From positions 34,736 through 98,735 of the forward strand of contig PDIP01000042.1 in NCBI GenBank assembly GCA_002811645.1: 64,000 bases of DNA, in the 5' to 3' direction. The notes under the pieces were generated by a model that saw nothing but the letters and a program-made list of their open reading frames with translations, had not been told where the DNA came from and ran no database searches. This DNA is from Corallochytrium limacisporum Hawaii. Its lineage: Eukaryota > Protista > Pluriformea. Position 1 is the first letter of the stretch. Every line of letters starts with the position of its first letter. Positions 11,512 to 23,801 of the stretch are shown piece after piece. A program made the translations under genes and the position numbers.

Positions 11512-12783
11512 CTATTTCGAAAGCTTGAAACGAGCCCCTGACTCATCCAGGGTTGTGCAGTGTTTACATGAGTTGTCGCCGCACTCACTCGGACCCTGTC
11601 GGCCATGAACCTCATCACGGTCATCCTCCAATAGGGAATTTGATGTAATTCCAGGGTAACTGTAACCCTTCGATGCCTCGATATATCGGGTGTGTAGATC
11701 TGGCTCCCGACTTGATACGACCCTAGTGGCATACCCCTGTGCCAAGTACACGCATTGGCGCACAGCAGATATGGTGTTTGTAAACGTCTCAATGTCCATG
11801 TGCTGGCCTCGCACCAAGCAAAATTCCGCCTGAGCATGCATGATCTGATTGCAGAGGGCAGTAAAGCAGCCAGCGAACGCATCCCCCGCACCCACCGTGG
11901 AACAGATGTCTCTGGCTTGAACTTGCAAGATGTGCTTGACGCAGCGAATAGCAGTGACGGTTCTCCTTGTATCTTCAAAGGTTACAATTTGGCGTACACT
12001 CATGAAGGCGGGTGCATCACCCTGCGTGACAATAACTATTGGCGCAAAGTCTGCCTGCCAGTCATGGTCCTGCCCCTTTACTGAGCTGCGCACGATTTCG
12101 TATTCGTGCTGGTTGAGAATCACAACGTCCACATGATGTTTTGTCGCTTCTAACAGTTTGCTGCCTGTCCTTACAAAGTCATCCACAGGCGATGGATTAA
12201 GAAATACTGCCATTCCTGGACTGTTAGGAGACGACGGCCGCTTGAATTGCGTGATGGCGCGTACATTGAAGTCCTCATCAATCTCATTTTGCAGTAGCAG
12301 TGCAGTCACATTGGTCCAGCCTCTGTTGCTTTCATGAACCCTGTCCAGAACCTTTTTTGGAAGATCAAGACCACTGTGCTTTTCTGCATTCGCACCTGCG
12401 TGATAGACGATGAAGTTCTCTCCAGGTTGATCGACCACAATGAATGCGCTCCCCGTCGGGAGATCGGAATCGAGTTGAATCATCGGGAACACGGTCGACG
12501 CTGCAGCGAACTTCTCCACCACATCCTTTTCGATGTGTTTGATGTATTCTTCCCCGTCTTTTCCTAATGTACCGACCATGTATACTTTGGCACCGTCCCG
12601 GTTTACGTGATCACTGGTGACAAAAGCAGACACTGCTGCATTGGCTCCCTTTCCACCGAAGGTCACTTGTTTCGACCGTGCCGCAATGGTCTCGCCCGGT
12701 TCGGGCATGCGATCTGTCTTGAATATAATATCATAATTCCATGCCCCTAGAACCACCAGAATACCATCATTTTGGTGCCCCAT
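11512..12783 (-). CDS. PfkB-family carbohydrate kinase (ribokinase-like)
   Basis: 423 aa. VLGAWNYD, MPEPGETI, FGGKGANAAV, LLQNEI, LNPSP, LNQHE and C-terminal signature STVGAGDAF. Confidence 0.9.
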   Translation of the reverse strand: MGHQNDGILVVLGAWNYDIIFKTDRMPEPGETIAARSKQVTFGGKGANAAVSAFVTSDHVNRDGAKVYMVGTLGKDGEEYIKHIEKDVVEKFAAASTVFPMIQLDSDLPTGSAFIVVDQPGENFIVYHAGANAEKHSGLDLPKKVLDRVHESNRGWTNVTALLLQNEIDEDFNVRAITQFKRPSSPNSPGMAVFLNPSPVDDFVRTGSKLLEATKHHVDVVILNQHEYEIVRSSVKGQDHDWQADFAPIVIVTQGDAPAFMSVRQIVTFEDTRRTVTAIRCVKHILQVQARDICSTVGAGDAFAGCFTALCNQIMHAQAEFCLVRGQHMDIETFTNTISAVRQCVYLAQGYATRVVSSREPDLHTRYIEASKGYSYPGITSNSLLEDDRDEVHGRQGPSECGDNSCKHCTTLDESGARFKLSK

Positions 12784-13866
12784 AATTGGCTCAAGGTTTG
12801 AAGATCACATTGTACGATCACGCCCAGTCAAGCACCACCAACAGCCCCCTGTCCAGCTGCAGTCTCCGCAATCTGTAGTCAAACCTTTTCATAACCATGA
12901 CCTCATATCCATCATTTGTCTTTTGTAGGAAGCGACCACTACGACAATGCATGCGAAGGTGAAATCAACAAAGTGCTTGACCTGTCCACAAAACAATTCG
13001 ATCCGCTCATGAACGTCTGCGATCAGAGGACCGTCCCCGCTGAGAAACTGATGGGAGGGCCATGTTGTCAAACGACGGTGGCTCCCTTTCAAAGCCACCG
13101 CGCCCCTCTCTCCGACACTGAAACTAGAGCGCAGTCTTCCCTACTCTTGGCTGCCTTGTTGCTCCTTTTCGCCGTGGCCGATTTCCCTGTCGGAATGTAC
13201 CGTACGTGCAGTATGGCAAGGGGACGAATGGCTTTTTTTTTTTCTTCGCAGTTTCGGGGTGCTCTTGTGGTCGCAGTGTTTTGCCACAGCCGGTGCCGCC
13301 GGTGATAATAGTGTTGACGTAAACGAACCCCTGCAGAGGCGCAGGCTGTCAGCTGTTCTGAGGGGGGGTGGGTCTCAGCCGGGAGTCTGGCAGACGGTCA
13401 GCAGGAGCGGTGGGGGCGCGGGTGTGCCTTGGTTGGCAGCAAAAAGTTATAAGCACACTTCACTGTATCTGGATCATGCCTAGACGAGCGGCTGTCTGTA
13501 AAATGTTGATAGTGTTTAGGGTATGTTCTAGTCTTGTTTTCATTCGCACATAGAGCACTTGATTTCTTTTTTTTTTGCTCAGTGATGTTTGTCCCAAGTG
13601 TCATCACACAGTGATGTATAGTAGCCCAAAGGAAAATGACGCAATATGGTATGAAAGCGGTGTGATCAACTGTACACTGGTTCTCTGTGACCTTGATATT
13701 GGATCAAAAGAACCTAGAACTTCTTTGGCTTGTACGTACAACGTTTGAAAACTTGGTTTTCGGTAAGGTTTGTACAAGGACAGAGAATAAAAGTTTCGGT
13801 TAGTGCTTACCCCAGGGATGCCTTTTAAAGGTGATGTGTTTTGGCAATGCCAGAGTTGGCTAGTCG

Positions 13867-16800
13867 ATGAGTAGAAGTGCACGACACTCCCAAAAGGGAG
13901 AGAAGAATATTAGTGAACAACACTCTAGTGCTCTCTCGGAACAACAGCAACACAGAAATCTGCGTACCAGTCCGCGGTTAAACAAGAGCAGGGCCCTAGA
14001 AGGAGAGGAAGGCACCACGAAAGCACCCAGTCTTGACGAGGTCCTCGCTGCCAATAGAAAGGCCAGTAGATCCAAGCGCAAGAGGCCCGCTTTTAAGGAA
14101 GAGGCTGATAAATCATCCGCAGGTCCATCTAAAAGTAGAGTCAAAATGGATCACAACAGTGACATGATGAATACGTCCCAGATGGACGCAGGAGCTGACC
14201 AGCAGGGGGACGAAAATCCTAACAACAACAACAACAACGATAACAACAACAATAGTAGCAATGCAGCAGAATCTTCAGCTCCTTCTACAGAACAACAAAC
14301 TCGGGACGAGCGCCAGGCGGCTGTTATGGGACTGATGGCTCAGGCGGCCAGTCTCGCTGCAGGTGCTGGTGGAGAAACTGGAGACCAAGACGGAGCCGGT
14401 ACCTTCCAAAGCCTGCTGCGACGGTTAGGGACGAATCTGGACATTGTCATGGGCGGTGAGCGTGGTGGCGGACGGTATCAACACATCCTAGATGCTCTGA
14501 AGGCAATGGGCGACGAAGGTCAGCTGCTGACGGGGCTGAGTGAAGTCTGCGAGGTACTAAGCATGGGCAATGAAGAGACCCTTGCCGGGTTCCCGTCCGA
14601 GAAATTCATCAATGCCTTTTTGGAACTTCTGAACTACGAGCATGCGCCTGAGATCATGTTGCTGGCCTGCAGAGCCATCACTCATCTGATGGAGGCCTTA
14701 CCTACAACTATGCCGTTGATTGTGCAGAAGGGAACAGTTGACATGCTCTGTGCCAAACTGCTGTCCATCGAATACGTCGATGTCGCGGAGCAGAGTCTGA
14801 GTGCACTGGAGAAACTAGCGCCGGACCATGGCCTGAGCGTGTTGAAAGCAGGTGGTCTGAATGCCGTGCTGATTTACCTCGACTTTTTCAGCCTCAGTCT
14901 GCAGAAAGTCGCCCTGAACATTGCATCCAACGTCTGCCGCAACGTACCAGTAGCGTTTTTTCACCTGGTAGAAGATGCGATTCCGATTCTAACCAATATT
15001 TGCAGCCACGATGATGAGAAAATGGTGGAGAAAGCGTGCTTGTGCTTTGCCCGCCTGACCTCATCGTTCCAGAACGACGGTGACCATCTCTACAAATTGT
15101 GTCAGCACGGATTGATCCCCCGATTCCTTACTATTCTGCGCCAGAGGCCCGCTAAGGTGGCAGCAGCAACGCGTACAATGATTATCAAGACCTTGGCCGT
15201 CCTCTGTGCGGGCTGTCCAAAGCTGGCCAACGAAATGATCCAGGAGGGAATTGTGCGCATACTCAGCGACCTAATCACGGGTGACAAGGGCGCGGGGGCA
15301 GACCTCAACGTCGTGACCAGTGCTGTGGTGGGTGAGGTGGGTCCAGACCAAGGCCAGAACAAGCACACGCCATCGGCAGCCGTGTTGAGCTCGGACTATG
15401 TATACGAAGTGTTGAATTTAACCTGCGAGCTCTTACCACCGTTGCCTATCAGCGACAAGAACAATGCCTCTGATCCACTTGCCGCTCTGGACCGTGGCAG
15501 TAATATTGGTCGCAGTCGCAGGCGCCGCATTACGGCGTCGGAGTCGGTCGAACCGGTGCAGTCAATGAACGTGGACGGATCTTCCGGTTCAGTGGCCGCC
15601 GGTGCCAGTGCGAGCGCGAGTCAGACATCCATTCCCGCCGCTGTGGCAGAAGAGGCCGAAGGTGAGGACATGAGGGAAGGTGCTGCCGCTGGTGCTTCCA
15701 CTACATCTACCGAGCCGTCTGAACCGGAAGATCCGCGCCTGGCGCTGATCCGCGTTAACAATGGCCTGCTATGGAATCTCGTGGACGAATTGTTTGGTCC
15801 GTGCGTCAACATTGTCATGACCTCTGTGGACCAGAACGTGGTGTACAAATCCCTGCAGGTCGTGTTCAAGTGCCTACATTTCGCAGACACGGCCTTGATT
15901 GAGCGCGTTGCGAACAGCATTGCCGTCTCATCATTTCTATCTGGACTGCTTGCCAACAAGGACCCCGTCATTGTTTCAACTGCTCTACGTATGATTGATA
16001 TGCTCCTGCAAAAGTGCCCTAGTCACTTTGATATTTACTTCCGGCGTGAGGGTGTCGTATACGAACTAGAGCAGCTGGCCAAGAAAGCGGACCAGGACGA
16101 AGAGGCCAAAAAGACAGGGAGCAACACGTCGCTAAATGTTGAGTCATCCCCGAGCCCGAGAGGTGACACTGACGAGAACCTTGCGCCAGAACGGACAGCG
16201 AAGCTAATCCTGCAACAGAACCTAAAGCCAGTCGGACCTGATCACCCGGCTGAAGTAATGATGAATCGCCTGAAGAACGTGGCAGGGGCGCTAAAGGACT
16301 GCTGCAGTGCCGGCCGCCTAACAACTCTCTCCGATGCGAAGCAGGACATTAGTGCACTCCAAGCCACAGCTCAGATTCTCACGGACGACGGGGATTCACT
16401 GTCGTTCTTTGAGCTCATGCATAGTAATCTATTCCACGCAATTCTGCAGTATTTGGGCGTGACTGGTGAGAAGGTACCCAAACCAGCAGCCCTGGTGCGT
16501 ATGCAGTGCTTTGCGCATGTCTTCTTCTGCGGCCCGTCACCAATTAGTGAAGACCATAACCCGGGCAATCGCGTGAACGAGGGTATTAAGACTCAGGAGC
16601 ATGCCAAAGGATCAACCTTGCCCGTCGTGAGTCTGATTCGTAAGCTTCAGGATGCAGTGAACAAATGCCAAGAGTTTGACGGCCGCCGTGGCATTGGCAG
16701 CCAGGCTGGCCGTAGTATGGCCATGAACGTAACTAGTGGTCTCCGTCTCCTCACACAACCCATGAAACTGCGCCTCGTGCGGCAGCATGATGAAGACAAT

Positions 16801-17211
16801 ATCAAGGATTACGGCAACAATGTCGTGCTCATCGAACCCTTGGCCACGATCAAGGCCATCGAAGAGTTCTTATGGCCTCGGGTCCGAATGAGTAAGGCTG
16901 AAAAGAAGCGTGCACGCCAGGCTTCGCAGACCACTCCGAGTGGCAAGCGCCAAACAAAAGGAGATGCTGACGAGGAAGAAGCGAAGGGAGCAGCAGCAAT
17001 GGATGTTGACGATTCGAGCGCTGCGGCTGCTGGCGCGTCCTCATCTACTGCAACTGCCGCCGGGGCAAATGACGACGCCATGAAGAACCGAGAAGGACAG
17101 CGATCCGCCGAAGACGACAACCGTCACCTCCATGACGATGAGGATGAGATGGTTGACCATGAGGACGAGGAAGAGGATGTAGTGAATGAGGACATGGAGG
17201 ACGAGGATGAA

Positions 17212-17252
<41 letters not shown>

Positions 17253-19479
17253 CGACGACGACGACAGCGACCTCGATGTGGATGAGGAGGTCCCTCCGGA
17301 TGAGGACCGTCGCAACAGCGCCAATGCTAGTGAAGTGGTTGACTTCAAACTCGACGATGTCAATGCTAATCAGGCAACCTCTGCCTCGTCCGTGTCCGCT
17401 AAGACACCGTCCAAAAGCAGCACTGGAAAGGCAGAACCCAGTGCGTCGCGGCAAACACCCAGCAGTTCTGCTGCTCCGGGTCCATCCAGCGGCAGTAGCC
17501 CGGCAGAAGGGGCATCTTCTTCGTCCAAACCGCGTCTGAAGCTTATGTACAACGGAGAAGCTTTAGACCCCAAGACCCCGGTCTTCAACATCATGAGCAC
17601 GGAGAACGTACAGACCCAGCTGCGGACCCGTCAGCGTTACACGTACATGCCTTCTATTGCCTTTCTGCGAGGTGGGCAAGTCTACACTCTGAAGTACGCG
17701 CTAATCCGCAGTAGTGACGTCGAAGCAGAGGAGGAGAAGAAGCAGAAAGAGCCTCGGCAGGGGATGGATGCAATGGATGACAGTAGCGCCGGTCCCGCTG
17801 GTGGAAAGGGCTTGACATCCCTCGAACCCTTCGATGCAATCTACAAACACATTGCAAGTAGTCCTTACAATACCGTGGCTGTGGATGAGATTCCTGAGGA
17901 GGTGAAGCACGCCCTGCAGACCATGCTCATCCTGCATGCTGTCAACAACAACATGGGCGTGCTATTTGAGGACGTGGACATGCCTGTCACACCTCCCTTC
18001 AATAACGCAGAGTTTCACAATATCCGTCTGAGTGCCACTTTTGACAGAATGCTACAGGACCCGCTAACAATTTGTGGCAACAACATCCCTGCGTGGGCCA
18101 AGATGCTGGTCAAGGATGCACAGTTTTTGTTCCCATTTGAGATTCGAGAACTCTACTTTGTTTCGACAGCCCTGGGTATCGCGCGAGCCCTGACTCGGCT
18201 CATGGCCCGCATCCGTGACGATGTGCTCGAGGACCAGGATGCTGTCCGACTCGGGCGGATCTCCCGTGCCAAGGCCCGCGTCCACCGTGACCATATTCTG
18301 CAGATGTGCCAGAAACTCATGGCCAAGTTGGGTACCAGTAGGTCCCTTATCGAGGTTGAGTATTATGGTGAAGTCGGCACCGGTCTCGGTCCCACACTTG
18401 AATTCTACACTCTGGCCAGCCGCGAGTTCCATCGGAGCTCTCTCCGGCTCTGGCGCGAACCAGAGACTGTGCAGTTGATGTCGGAGTCGACTGGCAGCGA
18501 GGAAGAGTACGTCAGTACAACCACCGGTCTCTTCCCTCGACCATTGCACCCAACCCAGACTTCTGCTGAAGAGAAAGAACGCGTGCTGGGCTGGTTCCGC
18601 ACTCTCGGCGTGCTCATGGCGAAGGCATTGCTGGATACGCGAGTGCTAGACATTCGCTTCTCGACGGTCTTTTACAAGTGGCTCATGGGCCAGGACCATG
18701 AACTATCTTTGCATGATGTTCGTGAGGTAGAGCCGGCCATTGGTCACACTCTAATCCAATTGGACGCTGTGCATCGGGCGCGAATGGATCTGCTCAACGC
18801 TGGTTACGCCCCCCATGCTCCTGAAGTGCAGCAGGCCAGCACTGTGAACGGAAGCACTGTGGAAGACTACGGTCTGACGTTTGTGCTTCCGGGGTACCCG
18901 GATTATGAACTCTGCGAGGGTGGCAAGGACCGGGATGTTACTGTAGAGAACCTGTCAGAGTATATTGAAGCGGTCGTTGACCACACCATCCATTCCGGTG
19001 TGAGGGAACAGATGACGACTTTCCGCGATGCCTTTGCTAAGGTTATTCCTCTGGAAAGCCTGAGTGGCTTTGGCACGCACGAAATGGACAGATTATTCTG
19101 TGGTGAAATGGACAAGCCGTGGACAGCAAAGGAACTCTACGCTCATTCCAAAATTGATCACGGTTACACTGTGGATAGTAATGCGGTGCGCAATCTTTTT
19201 AATGTGCTTGAGGATTACAATGAGACGCAGCGGCGACTGTTCTTGCAGTTTGTGTCGGGCACCCCGCGATTACCAGTCGGGGGATGGGCCGCGCTCAAGC
19301 CAAACTTAACCATCGTCAAGCGCAGTGTAGAAGGCAACAAGAGTCCGGACGAATATCTGCCGTCTGTAATGACCTGCGTGAACTATCTCAAGTTGCCGGA
19401 CTACTCGAGTAAGGAGATTTTGGCTGACAGACTCCGCTTGGCTATCAATGAAGGGGGCAAGACCTTCCATTTGTCTTAG
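13867..19479 (+). CDS. TRIP12: HECT E3 ubiquitin ligase, TRIP12/UFD4/UPL3 family
   Basis: 1870 aa. ARM region (LSMGNEETL, LLACRAITHLMEALP, KLLSIEYVDVAEQ, YLDFFS) and HECT domain (EYYGEVGTGLGPTLEFY, DHGYT, LPSVMTCVNYLKLPDYS with catalytic Cys, ending FHLS). Alternative stronger-context ATG at 14146. Confidence 0.97.
17195..17264 (+). repeat. Coding (GAT)n/(GAC)n poly-Asp/Glu tract in the HECT ligase
   Basis: Pure GAT run followed by GAC run, in frame. Confidence 0.9.
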
Positions 19480-19898
19480 AATTCCACAGAAGTGGGTCAG
19501 GCACTGGAGTTAGAGAACACCAACACTGACATTGAGAGATACATTAGAAGTACACATATTAGAAGTACACATTTTGAATGTTCCACGAATACAGTTCACA
19601 GACGACGTACATTACTACCTAACCCTATTGCAGCAGTCCTTCTGTGTACGGTTAAGCAAGCGCCTGAGCGCTGTCGCACAAGTGCACCTGGCACAGAACG
19701 TCTCCGGTTCCCCGCTCGCCCTCACCGTCCTTGCTTCTAGCCAACTGGGGGGCCAGAGGATCTGCCACTTCTCAGCCCCCCTTCCCGGTCAGCCCCCTTT
19801 CCCGGTCCCGAAGAGAGATTATCGAAAAACACACACATCTGAAAACACACACAAATATAGTTTCTGAGAGTTTCGGATGATTTTCTATATTTCGTTTT

Positions 19899-19913
19899 GT
19901 TCTAGAATTTTCT
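19899..19913. promoter_or_regulatory. Putative heat-shock element upstream of UBA52
   Basis: gTTCtaGAAttTTCt is a perfect three-unit nTTCnnGAAnnTTCn array about 540 bp upstream of the ubiquitin fusion start. Confidence 0.4.
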
Positions 19914-20310
19914 ACTAATGTATCTTATGCGCTAAGCCTAACATTTTCCCTACCCAATATACTGTTCGGCTTTTCATTTTCCCGGGTTGAGTACACGATA
20001 CCGAATATACTAGAAATTTGAGTAGTACTGAATGTACCCATTTTAAGTCCAGGTCGTATCTACAGTACTTTCATTATGACCAAAGGATTCATAGCTCTGA
20101 CTCTTATGGTGCTGTGTTCGCAGGGGCTGAGCGGTGGCAGTACTCTCAGTACTACGGTTCCCCTTGGGAGAGTGGAGTGGCGCATTGGTTTGTTGAACTA
20201 AGTACAGGTGCCAAAACTGTCACTATGCATAGCTCCCAGTTGTTCTTTTTGAGGTTATAGCTTTTTGTAGTACGCCATAAATTTTATGGCCAGTGCAAGT
20301 TTACACATAG

Positions 20311-20832
<522 letters not shown>

Positions 20833-21415
20833 GCGAATCAGCCTTTTATTTTTACATATTTGTTTATATGAACACAAACAACATGTTGGGATAATGAACG
20901 AGAAAGAAGAAGGCAAAGAGGATCGGCGCAGTGGAATCACGGGAAGGACTCGGACCCACACAGACAACGGTCAACTGGATTGGTTTTGACGTTATCCAGG
21001 CTTTTCTTTTTTTTCTTTGTACCCATAGACTATTCTTCAGTTTGATGTTTCCATTGGCATGGGCTCAAATTTTCCATACAAATGTCGGGACATATCATTG
21101 GAAAACATGACATACATATAATTAAGCACTGGACAGGATATTCTTCTTGGGAAAGTGTTTGAACATAGTATCCCTTTCTTACATAAATACAAGCCTCCTA
21201 TAACATAAGCCTTAGCGTAATTGTCTGTGTTGGTGTTAGGACTACAATGTAATCGTGTTGGAACCAAAGTGAAGATTTGAGAACGTGTCACCTTCCACAA
21301 TGTAAGAATGTTCAGGATGGCGGTAACGAGTGTTATACTACATATGGTGAGTTGCTTTTGAAGATGTCTAAGTATTATGATGCTAAAATTAATTGAATAA
21401 TATACTGTTCTTGGT

Positions 21416-22027
21416 TCAGTACTTGTCACAACTTCCCGTCTCCTTGCCGTGCTCCGGAGGACACCCAGGGGAGCACTTATTCGAAGTCCAATTCACGGAT
21501 TCGATGTTCCTGAAAAGATTCCAGGAATTGCAAAAATTTGTGCAGTAATCCAGATAAGAGAAAGGCTCACTCTTGGAGGACGCCTTGGCCACGCAACCTC
21601 CTTCGCTGTCGGTGACAAAAGTGAAGCTGACGTCATCAACATAGCGGTGGACTGGAGTGACATGCTTCATGGTCAATGTTGAACCGTTGTTCTCGATGTT
21701 TGTGTACTGGTTTTCCCGAACTGATGGAAAGTATTGGGCACAATTTTGAGCATTGTCCACCAGTTTCGCGCTTAGATCATCGCAGTTCATGTCGGGGACC
21801 GTGAAGGTCACTTCACAACCAGCGTGAAATCCGAGGAACTGCATGCCCCAGTTGTACCCACCGAATCGCAGAAAGATCAGAGTGGAGACCAGAATAAAGA
21901 GTGGCCACGAGCGCCAGATTTTGTGGACTGCGGCTCCAGTTTTATGCACTGGGCACTTGCTAAAATCTGGTTTGTGCTCTGCATCCTTCACGCTACCCTT
22001 TTTTGTTTCCGCGACCTTTGAGGACAT
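21416..22027 (-). CDS. Uncharacterised signal-anchor protein with Cys-rich luminal domain (DUF1499-like)
   Basis: 203 aa. One hydrophobic segment (WPLFILVSTLIFLRFGG), then HAGC...HVTPVHRYVDDVSFTF...GC...SKS...LDYCTNFCN, resembling an uncharacterised family I recall from aquatic animals and protists. Confidence 0.75.
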   Translation of the reverse strand: MSSKVAETKKGSVKDAEHKPDFSKCPVHKTGAAVHKIWRSWPLFILVSTLIFLRFGGYNWGMQFLGFHAGCEVTFTVPDMNCDDLSAKLVDNAQNCAQYFPSVRENQYTNIENNGSTLTMKHVTPVHRYVDDVSFTFVTDSEGGCVAKASSKSEPFSYLDYCTNFCNSWNLFRNIESVNWTSNKCSPGCPPEHGKETGSCDKY

Positions 22028-22628
22028 TCTTTCGTCAGTTTACTCCGTCTGCTTGTGCTGACCACAGTCAATTAAAAAGAGGACGTATCCAGCCAATAAA
22101 GATTGCAACTGCTGGCAAACTAGTATAGTCTTGTCACACCTACCCTTCTTGTCCGAAACCCTTCTTTCCGAAGCTCTTCTTTTCCGAAGCTGTCCATAAG
22201 TGGTTAACGCCATGCTTTCCTTCGTCCGGGATGACATTTATACCAATTAAAGCAAACATCAAATACGCTTCCAAAATTCTAATAATTCTTGGTCGTCCAC
22301 TGAAATGTAACATTGAAAACAAATTTGGATTGTATATACTGCGACCAACAAAGCGGGTAAGAGCTTCACTTGCAGCTCGCACTCTCGTGAACCTCAGAGC
22401 GCGGGTCCAAGAACCCCAATACCAATCTCCGATCTCCGGCCCTTCTCCGGGTTTTTCCCAATACTGTAACTACTGCACTCCAAGCGTCCAATGGAGGCAA
22501 GGGTAGGAAAATTACTTCGCTCCAACAATGGTCCCTTCGGGAAGGAGCGCGGGGATGGGGAGACGACGGGTCGCGGTGCCTAGAAAGTCAGGGGGAGGTG
22601 GGCGGGGTACTGAGGGGTCCCCGCCCCG

Positions 22629-22683
22629 NNNNNNNNNNNNNNNNNNNNNNNNNNNNNNNNNNNNNNNNNNNNNNNNNNNNNNN
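22629..22683. other. Assembly gap (N run)
   Basis: 55 Ns followed by a long poly-G run. Confidence 0.95.
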
Positions 22684-23251
22684 GGGGGGGGGGGGGGCCA
22701 AAACCACGCAAAGATTAGAGGGACAAGCCCAACCAAGTTTTTACCCAATCCGAGACAGTCATCAGGATCCTCATTTGTGCCGTAGAAATTGTATGAGAAG
22801 GTGGGAAGGGGGGGGGGGGGGGTGGGGGAAGGAAGGGAGCGAGGCGCGAGAGTGAGAGACGTTGGGAGTCCCTCTGATCTAACTGACGACCACGGCGCCG
22901 GGGGTCTGATACCAACCTGGGCGAAATAATTCATAATGAACAACACACACACACCCTTCTCCCCAAGTACGATGAGACAAGGAACCCCGGGCCCCAGCCC
23001 CTCTTGCCGGATCATAAAAATATACGGAATGGTATGAACTATTGCAGGACCGGTTCTTTATTTCGTGTGCTGTTTACTTTCAGTGCTCAGAGTATCCGTG
23101 TCCCATTCTAGTGGGTGTGACAATTGCCATAAGACCAGCATTGGTATGTAGCTGTCCCTGGCAGTAGGCATGTTGGTTGATTTGAGCCATCCATTGGAGG
23201 CACGTAATGCTCGAGGATGACACTGCTCAAAACCTGATGAACGCGCAATAT

Positions 23252-23801
23252 TCACATGCGGAGTTTTGGACATGGCCGGCCGGGTATGCCGGGCGACCCG
23301 ACACCACAATCGCAATGGCGGGCAACGGCGGGCTCACCGAGGCCAATAACGGCAGGCTCAGAGGACACCGGCAGGCTCACCGAGGACACCTACGGCGGGC
23401 TCACGACGGTTGCGCAATTTACGGGCGGGCGTGCGGACGACGGCGGGCGCACCGGCAACGGCGGGTCCATCGAGGCCAATAACGGCAGGCTCACCGAGAA
23501 CACCGGCAGGCTCACCGAGGACACCTACGGCGGGCTCACGACGGTTGCGCAATTTACGGGCGGGCGTGCGGACAACGGCGGGCGCACCGGCAACGGCGGG
23601 TCCATCGAGGCCAATAACGGCGGGTCCATCGAGGCCAATAACGGCAGGCTCACCGAGGACACCGGCAGGCTCACCGAGGACACCGGCGGGCTCACCGAGG
23701 ACACCGGCAGGCTCACTGACAACAGCCGGGCGGGCCTGAACAGGATCTAACATGCTGCTGATGGCAGCCATCGCAAACAAACTTTCAGCAATGAACTTCA
23801 T
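23252..23801 (-). CDS. Secreted repeat-peptide precursor (Kex2/furin-processed-repeat-like); reads to 23358 as assembled, or to 23252 if a 2-nt deletion is corrected
   Basis: gtaccATG start at 23801, signal-like MKFIAESLFAMAAISSMLDPVQA, 7-8 aa units EPAGVLG/EPAVIGLD/GPAVA and two RKLRNRR basic clusters. Confidence 0.6.
23320..23720. repeat. Hierarchical GC-rich tandem repeat: 21/24-nt units within a 135-nt higher-order repeat
   Basis: Units ccggcaggctcaccgaggaca (21 nt) and aacggcgggtccatcgaggccaat (24 nt). ggttgcgcaattt recurs at 23408 and 23543 (135-nt period). Confidence 0.95.

Noticed and set aside
12916-13305. 129-aa ORF following a good 3' splice-site-like tttgtcttttgtag
   Set aside because: No upstream exon or homology is identifiable, and it lies in the divergent promoter between the PfkB and HECT genes.
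21037-21429. 130-aa minus-strand ORF overlapping the end of the 21416-22027 gene
   Set aside because: Non-ATG start, AT-rich and in a 3' UTR-like position; no recognisable motif.
23256-23750. Plus-strand ORFs over the tandem repeat, and a CRISPR interpretation of the repeat
   Set aside because: Units are contiguous multiples of 3 with no unique spacers and no cas genes. The + frame changes register at the deletion and lacks a signal peptide or good start context, whereas the minus frame has both.
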